DNA of 64,000 nucleotides from a virus. Positions within the stretch are counted from its first letter, which is position 1. Each line of letters opens with the position of its first letter. Shown here piece by piece: positions 47,401-56,969 of the stretch. A model generated the notes under the pieces. The model made no database searches. It was not told the origin of the DNA and saw only the letters and a program-made list of their open reading frames with translations. Where the stretch lies: IMG/VR virus record IMGVR_UViG_3300026488_000015, positions 1 to 64,000 of that record; one strand, 5' to 3'. The translations under genes were made by a program, and so were the position numbers.

Positions 47401-48102
47401 ATTATTTGTACCAGTATAGAATGCAACTCTATCTTCATCGCTCATATCAGCATATACGATAGCAGGAGTATTCATATCCCCATTCATATATACATTACCA
47501 TCACCTTTAGTAATATTAACATCATTTACCTTAATAAGAACTAAATCTTGAAAAGTAGCTTCAGGTAATTCAATAATATCTCCAGCGGCAACGATATTTT
47601 CTAATAAATCACCAATCTGTACATCACGCATAATAGTATAGATTTTACCCGATTCAGGTGCTGTGTCATTTGTTTTTAGGACTAAATAGTTACCTGCAGT
47701 GTGAGGACCATCAAGGTTATCAAGTCTTGATACTATATCGATTTCAATATCGCTAACCATTTCTAAAGGACGACTCAATTCGATTTTATCTCCAGCGGCA
47801 CAAAAACATTGTACACCATTGTAGTTGAAACTGAAATCTTTTTTGATTCCAATAGTGTCTTTTACTGTAAAATCTAGTAAATCTGCGATAAGAATTTCAT
47901 CGATAAAACCAGTATGAGTCATTTTCTCTTTGAAAAGCTCTCTACGAAAATTGAACTCGTTAGAATCTATGAAAGAATGTTTTAGGTTGATGTCGTATAA
48001 AGGTCTATTTGTAATATACTCTTCTGAATTTTCGCCATTTGCTATCCATCGTGGTTCTGCATTGTTTGTATTAATATCTGTTGCGTTTTCTTTAGTGAAC
48101 AT
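44413..48102 (-). CDS. Baseplate/tail-associated protein with FG-GAP beta-propeller
   Basis: N-terminal WIANGE...NRPL; FGYSI...ITAP, FGTSVTIS...VVG, VAVGIPG repeats; Asp-box SNDYGFTW. Confidence 0.7.
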   Translation of the reverse strand: MFTKENATDINTNNAEPRWIANGENSEEYITNRPLYDINLKHSFIDSNEFNFRRELFKEKMTHTGFIDEILIADLLDFTVKDTIGIKKDFSFNYNGVQCFCAAGDKIELSRPLEMVSDIEIDIVSRLDNLDGPHTAGNYLVLKTNDTAPESGKIYTIMRDVQIGDLLENIVAAGDIIELPEATFQDLVLIKVNDVNITKGDGNVYMNGDMNTPAIVYADMSDEDRVAFYTGTNNIRVEQDEVIQTQYKFIVETRFASGSDFVAEFGYTPHATDKGLVQKANENYITLFEVQRRNNALYDVNFNNKGSKKSVSGEWYQRSGSETPLDAWGLWGGTVTAFNNEADKKNQPLGYHDYSDLVQKSRTIDDRDITDFRMYSPKLSNPTEYLAKKIEDNDLRGYSANKDCTIYDVTVSRFDPIAEGHEFYLGAPSFSFNISGRLSLLDLPGKLQGNQKAYLTDDNGVNFEIYSIVDTGTFNKIYTVPTSTNDVPSFSLPPRVYNFLVITNSIRPANGTLFVNEVFGDVTLFPTGTNLSKECTVELSSDNQKYIITNNSNYDVLLSNTELSVLEFMGIHRTFLGADTLDNSTNLYDGTYRDTDNTVIVPGGGFWVFVNSTNETKKPVHNWYKDSVTIEVNNINRKENASHTVEGHKQFIVFNYIYSAGLKVIKSNDYGFTWTEVTGLTVQENRNGFILDTEKGYIYDIMYNGILDYKQGSTLVQDRKMFSYSDVTATNAKKYSNMFMSSLAKFPQVQDEDTEHLNLKIKRDHNSVNYLKHFAVDSNDFDYRSPIVKTVGSVYANPEDKVLASIDFEEAPFYILDKEIQNPGAQGNWFGYSIARAKDIKRIVITAPNGADTSFGIGRGVAFVFDFDETKKTWTLIDTLVSPKSDSAYEKFGTSVTISDNGQLIVVGQGGTYTPNYNSISTFEFDGTEFVLWAEILDKEVKSQLTDKYLFGNADESILPWDGIGMSVKILGNDKVAVGIPGYNGDDNGTILNNIGRVVIFQRENEQWNESTSGLNTLRYIDGVEVSKDFGTTLAYNGTLYVGSINAEVKAYDVSDLDNITDTTIDSLGKLSNDVLSTDRIVDYTAITISESGEYFIYANGRDLHIKQFRKNEFRVFDLYTRNTDIVPAEMISVNSVYINEDDVITIGYYGAEPVLPNSFTVTGGETKCIYYQPNKIDTDLYTYHNDVAFTDEIVFVRETDKFDNIVQIGQSFLKRTGAIQLDLRHFTV

Positions 48103-48131
48103 TTATGATATCCTCTTTATGAATTTACTAT

Positions 48132-48139
48132 TATTTATA
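48132..48139 (-). promoter_or_regulatory. Late promoter TATAAATA
   Basis: Exact match upstream of 48102. Confidence 0.78.
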
Positions 48140-48150
48140 AAGAGAATGAG

Positions 48151-48181
48151 GTTAGAAAGGAGTTAGAAAGGAGTTAGAAAG
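48151..48181. repeat. 11-bp tandem repeat GTTAGAAAGGA (~2.7 copies)
   Basis: gttagaaagga gttagaaagga gttagaaag, overlapping the 48174 stop. Confidence 0.8.
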
Positions 48182-49274
48182 TTATTACCCAAGTGATAAC
48201 ATATTCAAGTGAGTTATCTTTTGTTCTAGCGGGAAAAGTTTTCATACTAAATATTTGGTCATCACAATAAAGTGCTGCTTCTGTGTATGCAACAACACCA
48301 CCACCTTCATCGTTACCTTGAGTCTGTGGTATAGTAACTTTATAAGTCACTTTATTATTTTCAGCAATAACATTGATATTTACACCTGAAGATATAGGTG
48401 CTACCGGTAAACCGATAAATGATTGGATACCTTCAATTTTATGCGATTTAGTCGTACCGTCTGCTGCTAGTATAATCGTTTCGTGTATTGTAGGGTGTGT
48501 CATAAGCGTATTATCAGTACTATCAAAATCTACTACGAAAGTATGCCCCAATGTAACATCTGTATAAGGCTCTAAAGTATTATACTGAATATCGTATAAT
48601 CCACCATCTTTAGGTATAATTGTATTACCTAATTTAGTAAACTCTTTTATATCACCTGAAGCCAAAGTAACGACATATACCACATTATTTTCTAATGTTA
48701 CTGGATAATTGTTGGCATTTGTTAAAATACTCACGCCATCAAATAAGAAACCTAAATCTCTGATAACATCGACAAACTTTTTACTTTGTTCTATTGTTTC
48801 GTACCCATTTGAGTTGATAACATAAGTCCCACCTGCTACTATCTCAGCACTTTCAATTTTCTTGAATTCCTTAACCTTACCATCTAGCATAATGAGACTA
48901 TAAGAAATAGTATGCTTAAGAACTACTGAAGCAGCAGTAGGATTTGTTAGGGTATCAGTACCATCAAAAGTAAGACCTAAATCTGTTACATTTTTAATAT
49001 CTTGGTGCGATTCAGAAAAAAGATTTGTTCTTGTATTTTCAAAATCTTTAGGGTCAAGGATAGAGCTCTTCCAACCCATATCACCTAAGATGAATCTGTT
49101 AATAGGTGAAGTAGTATTCACTTTACCTGACATATTTCTAGCCATTGCTGTTCTAGCACTAACCATAATCTTATTTTTCTCTTCATAGGTATCTATGATG
49201 ACACCATCTTTAAGAGTATCTACCTTAAATAGACCTTCTATCACTTTTCCATATTCTTCAATTGCTGTTTTCAT
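48174..49274 (-). CDS. Baseplate/tail-fibre attachment protein with two inserted modules
   Basis: N.I...AR, F.LG, GN....YTEAALY....FSMKTFP..TKD....I.W.I.F; position in baseplate cluster. Confidence 0.65.
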   Translation of the reverse strand: MKTAIEEYGKVIEGLFKVDTLKDGVIIDTYEEKNKIMVSARTAMARNMSGKVNTTSPINRFILGDMGWKSSILDPKDFENTRTNLFSESHQDIKNVTDLGLTFDGTDTLTNPTAASVVLKHTISYSLIMLDGKVKEFKKIESAEIVAGGTYVINSNGYETIEQSKKFVDVIRDLGFLFDGVSILTNANNYPVTLENNVVYVVTLASGDIKEFTKLGNTIIPKDGGLYDIQYNTLEPYTDVTLGHTFVVDFDSTDNTLMTHPTIHETIILAADGTTKSHKIEGIQSFIGLPVAPISSGVNINVIAENNKVTYKVTIPQTQGNDEGGGVVAYTEAALYCDDQIFSMKTFPARTKDNSLEYVITWVITF

Positions 49275-49308
49275 TGATTAATCCCTTATAGTATTTCTTA
49301 TTATTTAT

Positions 49309-51228
49309 CTAATCTTGCCAATTAACGACAAAATCTTTTAGCGTAACCATATCTAGGCTAAGTAGATTGGTTCCTTTCATTTCTATCACATAGTTACCAT
49401 CTACCAAACCAGGTACTGTATGCGTGTATTGCCCGTTCGTGACACTCGAAGCAGTGGTGCTGAATATAAGGTCTTGTTCATTCTCGAATGAGTGTTCTAT
49501 ACTCGTTACCTTGATGCTAAGAGGTGTACCGTCTGCGAAGTGAAAAAGTGTACCACTAAAAGTAGTATTACCATTAGCTACATCGACTGAAATATCAATA
49601 TCAAAAATTAAATCTGAATCAATATCTGAATCTGTTTCCATATGATATTCTCTCTCAAGGTATGATGTACCTACACTAGAAGCTCCACCACCATCGATTA
49701 CTACACCATCATCATCTGAATCTAATGCGTGCCCACCATTAGCAAATCTTCTTTTTGTTATAAGCGTACTGTTAATTCCACCATAAACCCAAGAACCATC
49801 GAAATTAAATAAATCGTGTTTATTATCGCCCGTAAATGTAACCAAACCTACTAGACCATCATTAAGATTTTCTTCAATATCTTTAACGACTATTACTCTA
49901 GCAATATGATTACCATATTGTGCACTAACATAATCTTCAGGTGAGATACTTACATCTTTATATTTCTCTAATAAAACAAGCTTAGAAGTATCTTCTATAC
50001 CACTCAAATGATAATAATCAGCATTATCTTCGTATTTGTACACGAAAAAATTATAGTTGTACGAATCTTCTTCACCAAATTTGAATGTATTGAAAAGTCT
50101 CCAATCAGTTTCAAGATTATTATAGTGGATATGTTTATCCCAAAAATCAATGTTGAAATGGTCTTGGTAGTCTGTTACTTCATCAGCTAGTAGAAATTCA
50201 TAATCGTACTCGATTTTTGAATACATTAAACAAGATGAACCACTGAAAGTAGTTACTGGAATTTCGTGGTCATCACCAACATATATGTTAATGTCGCCCG
50301 AATCTACTAATTCTATATAACTAGCTAGTACAATACCATCGATAGTTTGAATTGGAGCATCATCTAACCAAGCTCTGATTGTCGTTACTGTCGTGGCATT
50401 ATAAATTCTAACATCTTCTTCATAACGATAGTTTCCTTCTGCATCTTTAGCTATATCTGTGATAATCTGTTCAGGATTACCTCTACAAGCAATAACAAGT
50501 TCCATATAACGAACTGTTGCTTTTTCAGAATAATTATCTTCAAAGAATGAAGAAATAATAGCCTTATAGATTACTTCAAAACCAACCGGGTGAAGAATTT
50601 TTCTTAGTACTCTATCGAAAATAATACTTGATACACTCGATTCGATACTATATACAAAAGGCTCTTTATCGTATTCTTTAGTATGTTCATTGAATTTACC
50701 TTCGTGCGTTCTAAGGAAGTATTCATTGAATGAAGATAGAATCTTAACAATATTAAGCTCTTTCATAATCCTAAAAGTATAATCATAAGACTTAAATGAA
50801 CCTTTTGTTTGAGAAAGTTCTTTACCAGTCATTACAGTTTCTTCGGTAATGGCTACATCTGTATTGATAAGAGAATCATTTGTTTGGAATTCATCGATTC
50901 CATACATCGCCAATATGTTTGATATTTTTGATGTGATTGTATAATCGTTTATTGATTCCTTAATACCGTCAAAAATATGTCTTAGATATATGCTAGTAAA
51001 ATCGTTTCTTAGAGCTTCAGCATCAACTCCTGCATCTTTTGCTGTTTCTGATTCATTCATTGTCAAGAAATCTAAAATATCATTTGGTCTTGATACTAAT
51101 TCTCGTTTTGAATCCATCGAATCCAAGAACATATTGAACGATTCATATAAGATTGGCGTATCGTGTTTTATGTTATCTGGTATAATCTTATCAAAATACT
51201 CTTTCATCGAATTATGTTTATTTGCCAT
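49309..51228 (-). CDS. Baseplate wedge subunit (gp7-like)
   Basis: TKG..KSY, PF.Y.IES, LHPVGF; follows gp6. Confidence 0.55.
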   Translation of the reverse strand: MANKHNSMKEYFDKIIPDNIKHDTPILYESFNMFLDSMDSKRELVSRPNDILDFLTMNESETAKDAGVDAEALRNDFTSIYLRHIFDGIKESINDYTITSKISNILAMYGIDEFQTNDSLINTDVAITEETVMTGKELSQTKGSFKSYDYTFRIMKELNIVKILSSFNEYFLRTHEGKFNEHTKEYDKEPFVYSIESSVSSIIFDRVLRKILHPVGFEVIYKAIISSFFEDNYSEKATVRYMELVIACRGNPEQIITDIAKDAEGNYRYEEDVRIYNATTVTTIRAWLDDAPIQTIDGIVLASYIELVDSGDINIYVGDDHEIPVTTFSGSSCLMYSKIEYDYEFLLADEVTDYQDHFNIDFWDKHIHYNNLETDWRLFNTFKFGEEDSYNYNFFVYKYEDNADYYHLSGIEDTSKLVLLEKYKDVSISPEDYVSAQYGNHIARVIVVKDIEENLNDGLVGLVTFTGDNKHDLFNFDGSWVYGGINSTLITKRRFANGGHALDSDDDGVVIDGGGASSVGTSYLEREYHMETDSDIDSDLIFDIDISVDVANGNTTFSGTLFHFADGTPLSIKVTSIEHSFENEQDLIFSTTASSVTNGQYTHTVPGLVDGNYVIEMKGTNLLSLDMVTLKDFVVNWQD

Positions 51229-51238
51229 CTAATTCTCC

Positions 51239-53293
51239 TTATATGAATTTAACACCAGCAAGTCTAGGTACTGTGTTTTTAACGAAACCGAAATTTTTAG
51301 ATTTAAAATCTACATCAGCAGTTTTAGGTATATTAAAGTCACTCTCTCTTAGAGTAACACCATCAATATCAATATCGATTCTGACTGATTTATCTCTAAT
51401 GGTATTTACAAAATTGTATATTCCTACTGGTATTAAACCCAAATAAATCTTGAAAGATATTAATTGGTTTGTTTTGTCAAGGTTACTTAAAGGTGTATCG
51501 AAATCTACATATAAATCCTTATACTCATCTGATTCTATATCAAAGTTAAAATCTTTACCAAAAATACTAGGAAGAACATCTACATTAATATCAGAAACAC
51601 CATAAATCTTTTGTTCGTTTACAGCTAAGTTCATAACAATCTTCTTACTTATTGAACCATCAACAGCTAACTCATCTTTAATTTGTGCTCTGAAGAAATT
51701 TATTTTTGTCTTAAATGTGTAGTCAAAACCAGAACTATCTCCTGCTGAAACATCCATCTTTTTAATAAGAGTTGAATTATAGTAATCAACATCATACTGC
51801 TCTAGCTCTTCAAAGAAATACTTTTTCATAATATCAAATAGAGTATTATGCACATAAGCTTTATTGATACTACTATATTTTGCCATTTCAATTTCATAGA
51901 AGAAATCGATAAAAACCGGGTGTCTATCGTTTAGTTCTATGGTAATAACTTTAAGATTAGATACTTCTTTCTTGATATTATTAATGTCAGCATCTAGTAG
52001 ATACATTTTCTCTGCATCAAGTAAATCGTTTCTTTTGAACTCGAATGAAACATCGTTTACATTTGTAAATGTTCTAGGAATATTTGCCGATAGAAGAGAG
52101 AACCAAACATTACCTAGTTGTTTAACGAGCTCATCTTCTCCACCCCAAATAAAGGCATTCTTAACTAAAGAATTACTTTCAATAAAAGTCTTGTAATCTA
52201 AAGTTGTTACAAGTCTGTTTCCTGAGTTGAAGAACATCGGAGCATTTGTCTTAATATCCTCATCTACTTCCTCATCTGTACCAGTAATAAAAGGAATGTC
52301 TGATTGCAATTCTGTAATAATTTCGTAGTTTGTCTCGACAAGAGCATCTTTCAGCGTAATCTTTTCAGAAGCAATACCTTCTGTACCAGAACTAACAATA
52401 ATATCTACATCTATTTTCGTATCTACAAGCAATGGGTTACCCATACCAGCAAATGTGAAATAAACTCTTACAGTTTCTTTTTCTATATTTCTAAGCTGTA
52501 AGTATTCGTTTGAGTATTTGAAGTCTTCATTTTGCTCTACAATAAGACTATCTCTCTTTTTCCACTCTTGCGATAACTCATTACCTTGGTCATTCACTGG
52601 AGTAACATAAACAAACACACCGTCATTTTCGATATTTTTATAAGGGATATCAATAAAGTTTTCTTCTACAATCGTACCTGCGTTATTTGTTGTTACACCG
52701 ATAGTGTATGAAAGTATAGCATTGTCTTGGTAACGAATTAATGTACCTTCTTTAACAATTAGTTCAAACTTCTTAATAATCTGCACACCGTGTTCATCAG
52801 TGCCATCGATTGGAGACCAAACTCCTGGTGCTAGTTCTTCTTTGGGTATGTATTCACCATTTTCAAAATCCCTAGGATGCGGTTCAATACTAATATCTTC
52901 ACCCAAATAGTAATAAGATTTTTCTCCTGCCGAGAAATTACTATATCTAAGTATATCCATAGGTGGATATAGTCCAGTAAAAGGCGAAACGGGTACAGTC
53001 GGTTCTTTTACTCTAAGATAAACTTTATATTGAAATGATTTCTTTAATGTGGCTTCGTAACCTATCTGTCTAGCAAGTGCCAAGATATTTTTTCGTTGTT
53101 CTGAGCTATTAAGCGTAATATCAGAAAGACCAAAACTCATATTCGTATTAACTATATTGATGGCATATGCCATTAAGTCTGTGAGAATAGCTGTATTAGA
53201 TGCATTTGAATCTACATCGTAACCTTTATTTCTCCATTGCTTCTTTAGGTCTTCGGCAATGTCTTCATATTCATAAGGTATAATTTTTGTCAT
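51239..53293 (-). CDS. 6: Baseplate wedge subunit (T4 gp6-like)
   Basis: L.D..AY, R.NI...A...GY, G.D.E....IK.NAP......NRLVT..DY, WGGE. Confidence 0.88.
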   Translation of the reverse strand: MTKIIPYEYEDIAEDLKKQWRNKGYDVDSNASNTAILTDLMAYAINIVNTNMSFGLSDITLNSSEQRKNILALARQIGYEATLKKSFQYKVYLRVKEPTVPVSPFTGLYPPMDILRYSNFSAGEKSYYYLGEDISIEPHPRDFENGEYIPKEELAPGVWSPIDGTDEHGVQIIKKFELIVKEGTLIRYQDNAILSYTIGVTTNNAGTIVEENFIDIPYKNIENDGVFVYVTPVNDQGNELSQEWKKRDSLIVEQNEDFKYSNEYLQLRNIEKETVRVYFTFAGMGNPLLVDTKIDVDIIVSSGTEGIASEKITLKDALVETNYEIITELQSDIPFITGTDEEVDEDIKTNAPMFFNSGNRLVTTLDYKTFIESNSLVKNAFIWGGEDELVKQLGNVWFSLLSANIPRTFTNVNDVSFEFKRNDLLDAEKMYLLDADINNIKKEVSNLKVITIELNDRHPVFIDFFYEIEMAKYSSINKAYVHNTLFDIMKKYFFEELEQYDVDYYNSTLIKKMDVSAGDSSGFDYTFKTKINFFRAQIKDELAVDGSISKKIVMNLAVNEQKIYGVSDINVDVLPSIFGKDFNFDIESDEYKDLYVDFDTPLSNLDKTNQLISFKIYLGLIPVGIYNFVNTIRDKSVRIDIDIDGVTLRESDFNIPKTADVDFKSKNFGFVKNTVPRLAGVKFI

Positions 53294-53314
53294 AAGTTGT
53301 ATCCCGTTTCTTAT

Positions 53315-53322
53315 TATTTATA
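53315..53322 (-). promoter_or_regulatory. Late promoter TATAAATA inside a 10-bp inverted repeat (53305-53329)
   Basis: cgtttcttat-tattt-ataagaaacg. Confidence 0.72.
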
Positions 53323-53330
53323 AGAAACGA

Positions 53331-53867
53331 TTACCAATTGTAACTAAGTACCTCTTCTACATCTACTGCTGTCGAAATAGCATTAAAAAGTGTTTGTTTC
53401 TTAGCGAAATCTGTCTGATATTTTACACCTATCGTTAAAATAACTGTCTCTGCTTCTGTCAATGTCAATGTATGAGGTACATTATCTACATCGAAAAATG
53501 TTACTGTTGTAGCACCACCCATTTCTGATAGTCTTTTAGCACCATCCAATTTTGTTACTGAAATATCTCCGCCGAACCAAGAAATATCATCTACAACGAC
53601 TTGCGTAAGTACCTCTGCGTCAAAACCTACACGGATAATTGATTTTTGTTCTTCTTTAATTCTCTCTAAATCAGATAAAATAGTTTCTTCAGACTTTCCA
53701 ACCCAAGTAATCTTCTTATCTTCAGTGCTTACTGTGTACTCATTTAGTGGTTTATCTACAACAACAGCTAAAATGTCGATTGTTGGTGCAGTAAATTCTG
53801 TACCCGCTTTGTTAAAAGTTGTTATACCAGTGACTCTTAGTGTAGTTTCATCATAATGTACAAACAT
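53331..53867 (-). CDS. DUF4376-like tail fibre assembly/chaperone protein
   Basis: F.DVDN....LT, C-terminal I..A...EEV....W. Confidence 0.65.
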   Translation of the reverse strand: MFVHYDETTLRVTGITTFNKAGTEFTAPTIDILAVVVDKPLNEYTVSTEDKKITWVGKSEETILSDLERIKEEQKSIIRVGFDAEVLTQVVVDDISWFGGDISVTKLDGAKRLSEMGGATTVTFFDVDNVPHTLTLTEAETVILTIGVKYQTDFAKKQTLFNAISTAVDVEEVLSYNW

Positions 53868-53868
53868 A

Positions 53869-55209
53869 TTATTCTCCTTTCCATATTTCGCTGAAATCTA
53901 ATGCTGTTGGCACTGTCCCATTTTTAAGTAAATATCCTTTGATTCTCCAACCTTCAGATATTACATATATTCTATCTCCATTTTCAGGTAAGATAGATTC
54001 TGTTCCCTCTGGATTACTCATTGGGTTATAATCACTTGCAAACTGACTAACAGCTAAGTGACCTTGTGTATGAATTTCTAATAAAACAGAAATCTTATGT
54101 ATAGGTTGTGGTGAACCTGGAACACCGTAAAAAATATCGGGACTATGGTCGAATGTTTCAAAAATTACTTTGTATAATCCTGGAACTAATGTGAGTTCTA
54201 AATCAGAACTTACTCCACCCCATTGTTGTTGCCACCAGATACCAGGCACAAGATTACCTGCATCCCACACATCGTTCCCATTTACTGTTGGTCTTGTAGT
54301 AAAATCTTTAAGTGCTGAAATCGTTTGTACTGTATTAGTCGTAACAGCATTTGAAGCATTTTGTTTCAGGTTAAGTGCTGCTTGTGTAGCATTACTAATA
54401 GGTTTATCAAGGTCAAAAACATTATCCACATTTGTTAATCTTGAATTAATATCATCAAGCTTACCTTGAGTAATAGTATTTGTAGGTTTCTCTAAATCGT
54501 TTGTATTATCTACACGCTCTAATTCAAGGTTTGTTTTTGATACAGTAATATCATCGAATGTATTATCACATCTTCTACTATCAGCTAATCTAGGGTCGTT
54601 ACCTACTGTCACTTCTGAAGCAGTTACACCAAAATTCTTATTGAAAGCTGTGTTTTTAGTGAAAGCATCTTCTTTAGTGTCAATTTCAGTCTGTGTAGCT
54701 GTACTAATAGGTTTTTCTAAATCGTTTGTGTTATCTACACGCTCTAATTCAAGGTTTGTTTTTGAAATAACTATATCATCGAATTCATTATTACATTTAC
54801 GAGAATCCGAAAGCCTAGCATCATCACCTCTTGTTACAGTACTCGAAGTTGCTCCAAAGTTTCTATTGAAAGCTGAGTTCTTAGAGAAAGCATCTTCTTT
54901 AGTGTCGCTCTCAGTTTGTTGTGCTGTACTAACTGGTTTATCCATATCAGAAGTGTTATCCACATTATCCAGGCTTAAGTTTACTTTAGAAATATCAGCA
55001 TCATCGAATGTATTATTACATCTTCTCGAATCGACCAATCTAGGGTCTGAATCGTGAACACCTTCAAGTCTAGTAATTTCATCATAGAAAAAATCAATCG
55101 CTGCTTGTGTAGCTGTACTGATTGGTTTCTCTAAATCATTCGTGTTTTCTACTCTATCAAATTTCTTCTCTATCGCCTTTATTTTAGTATAATCAAAAAT
55201 ATCCATCAT
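53869..55209 (-). CDS. Repeat-rich tail fibre-like protein
   Basis: Repeats (N/R)VDNT.D..KP.S.ATQ and D.RL.DSR.C.N.FDD. Confidence 0.7.
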   Translation of the reverse strand: MMDIFDYTKIKAIEKKFDRVENTNDLEKPISTATQAAIDFFYDEITRLEGVHDSDPRLVDSRRCNNTFDDADISKVNLSLDNVDNTSDMDKPVSTAQQTESDTKEDAFSKNSAFNRNFGATSSTVTRGDDARLSDSRKCNNEFDDIVISKTNLELERVDNTNDLEKPISTATQTEIDTKEDAFTKNTAFNKNFGVTASEVTVGNDPRLADSRRCDNTFDDITVSKTNLELERVDNTNDLEKPTNTITQGKLDDINSRLTNVDNVFDLDKPISNATQAALNLKQNASNAVTTNTVQTISALKDFTTRPTVNGNDVWDAGNLVPGIWWQQQWGGVSSDLELTLVPGLYKVIFETFDHSPDIFYGVPGSPQPIHKISVLLEIHTQGHLAVSQFASDYNPMSNPEGTESILPENGDRIYVISEGWRIKGYLLKNGTVPTALDFSEIWKGE

Positions 55210-56033
55210 TAAACCCCGTTCTTGAATTGTGAAGTTATCATTCTATTTTTTGAATCATAACCCATATAGTGAGTTGCTCTTCTCTCACCTTGTGTTTTCT
55301 TAACTTTACTAATAGTAATATCAATACTAGCACCTGATGGTATAACAACACCATCTTCAGGTACTATATAAGCATAGTTTTCTTCGTATGGTCTAGGTGC
55401 AATAGTTGTACTTCTGGCAATAACAAAGTCAGCTGGAATTACAACTGTACCACTGTGCCCAATATTATATGTACCTGCTTTGATTGTAATATCATCATCT
55501 AAGCTAATATTTCTGAATTTGAATTTTAAATAACTAGAAATTACAATATCAATATCATCAGGTAGAATACCAAATACAGTTAAATCAGACAAATCTAAGT
55601 CGATATAAGTATCACCAGTTAGTGTAACTGAAACTGCACTACTATTAGTTATTTCATTATCTAATGGTTCATAAGTTACACCATTAGGTAAACGGCGAAG
55701 AACTAAATCTGACTCGTGGTATCTGATTTCATTAACAATTCTTAATGTATCATTCCAATACATAGTTTTTCTTATGTAACGCTTTAAATAATATTCTGTG
55801 ATTTCATCTTCAGGGACTTCATACCAAATATCTAAGCTATCATTAAGGTCATTGTATTCAATCCATACAATATCATAATCTTCTAATTTATTGTCGTATC
55901 TATATATAATTCTTGCTTTACTCGTAAGTGCAGCGATGTCATTTGAAACAGATAGTAGCGAACTCCTACTAATATCCATTTCAGGTGAATAGATTTTATA
56001 AATCTGATTACCTTCTTTTTTGATGAGAGCCAT
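55209..56033 (-). CDS. Virion structural protein (hypothetical)
   Basis: Late promoter upstream; partial shared baseplate module. Confidence 0.6.
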   Translation of the reverse strand: MALIKKEGNQIYKIYSPEMDISRSSLLSVSNDIAALTSKARIIYRYDNKLEDYDIVWIEYNDLNDSLDIWYEVPEDEITEYYLKRYIRKTMYWNDTLRIVNEIRYHESDLVLRRLPNGVTYEPLDNEITNSSAVSVTLTGDTYIDLDLSDLTVFGILPDDIDIVISSYLKFKFRNISLDDDITIKAGTYNIGHSGTVVIPADFVIARSTTIAPRPYEENYAYIVPEDGVVIPSGASIDITISKVKKTQGERRATHYMGYDSKNRMITSQFKNGV

Positions 56034-56057
56034 TTAATCACCTTCCATATTTCTAAG

Positions 56058-56065
56058 TATTTATA
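56058..56065 (-). promoter_or_regulatory. Late promoter TATAAATA
   Basis: Exact match. Confidence 0.72.
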
Positions 56066-56405
56066 TTACTATACTAATTGAAGTAAAATCTGTTTCTTCT
56101 TCAGTTCGTATTCTGTATTGTACATTTATCGTTAAACGATTATATTCGGGAGCGAATGTCACTTTTGTATTAACTTTATCGACCCTAGGTTCATTTGCCG
56201 TAACTAGAGTATTTACATAAGATTCTAAGTCAATAATATCAAGTTCATCTAAATCACTAAAAATATAATCCATTATCTTCGAACCCTTTGTTGGTTGAGC
56301 AGGGATAGTACCTTTTGGTGTACTAATGATATTCTTTATGCTTCTACGGATGACATCACGATTTTCTATATCATCGCCTTCTATATCTTTATATTTTAAA
56401 GCCAT
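56061..56405 (-). CDS. 25: Baseplate wedge subunit (gp25-like; start revised to MALKYKD)
   Basis: I.RSIKNII.T.KG..P..P..GS, EPRV; AAGGAG SD. Confidence 0.85.
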   Translation of the reverse strand: MALKYKDIEGDDIENRDVIRRSIKNIISTPKGTIPAQPTKGSKIMDYIFSDLDELDIIDLESYVNTLVTANEPRVDKVNTKVTFAPEYNRLTINVQYRIRTEEETDFTSISIVI

Positions 56406-56406
56406 T

Positions 56407-56838
56407 CTACTCTCCTTGTTCTTCTTTAAGTTTATCTTCAGCAATCTGTGCTTTCGTTCTTCGTTTCTTCTTAGTGGGTTTCACTTCTACAATTTTTTCA
56501 ACGATTACTTCTACAATTTTTTCTATTTCTACAATTTTCTCAACTTCAACGATTTTAATCTTATCAGGATTCTCATCTAAGTGTTTTCCTATGTAGTCTT
56601 CAAGGACTTTAGGTTGTCGTTTGAAATAATCTTCAATTGCTTCATCATCGAAAAGGTCTTCATTTTCTTTTTTATAAATAGTAGTAGATTTATCGTAACT
56701 GTTCCCGAATGGTTCAAAATTAAGAAGATTTGCTTGTACAATAGGCGTGTAAGGGACTATTTGACCCATTCTGTAATTGTAAAACTGTCCTTCGTGTCGG
56801 TAGTGAACTAAATCTCTGGTACATCTGTAATATTTCAA
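56407..56838 (-). CDS. Hypothetical protein with VEKIVE repeats
   Basis: AAGGAG SD, TTG start, late promoter upstream. Confidence 0.65.
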   Translation of the reverse strand: MKYYRCTRDLVHYRHEGQFYNYRMGQIVPYTPIVQANLLNFEPFGNSYDKSTTIYKKENEDLFDDEAIEDYFKRQPKVLEDYIGKHLDENPDKIKIVEVEKIVEIEKIVEVIVEKIVEVKPTKKKRRTKAQIAEDKLKEEQGE

Positions 56839-56863
56839 GAATACTCCTTATTTTAATATACTT

Positions 56864-56885
56864 TTAAGTATTTATATGTTATAAT
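56864..56885 (+). promoter_or_regulatory. Orphan early-type promoter on + strand
   Basis: TTAAG-TATTTATAT-GT-TATAAT with the family spacing. Confidence 0.55.
56869..56876 (-). promoter_or_regulatory. Late promoter TATAAATA
   Basis: Exact match upstream of 56838. Confidence 0.72.
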
Positions 56886-56969
56886 CTCTTGGATAGAAAA
56901 TTTATTGTCTTTGTGTAGAAGCAAAAACAAAAAAAGTTTTTTTTACTTTATCGTGTGATAACCCTGCCT

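Noticed and set aside
48151-48181. 11-bp tandem repeat as iteron or regulatory array
   Set aside because: Fewer than three copies and overlaps a stop codon; looks like a slippage duplication
49295-49310. Late promoter upstream of 49274
   Set aside because: Reads GATAAATA, one mismatch in AT-rich sequence; plausible but not supportable
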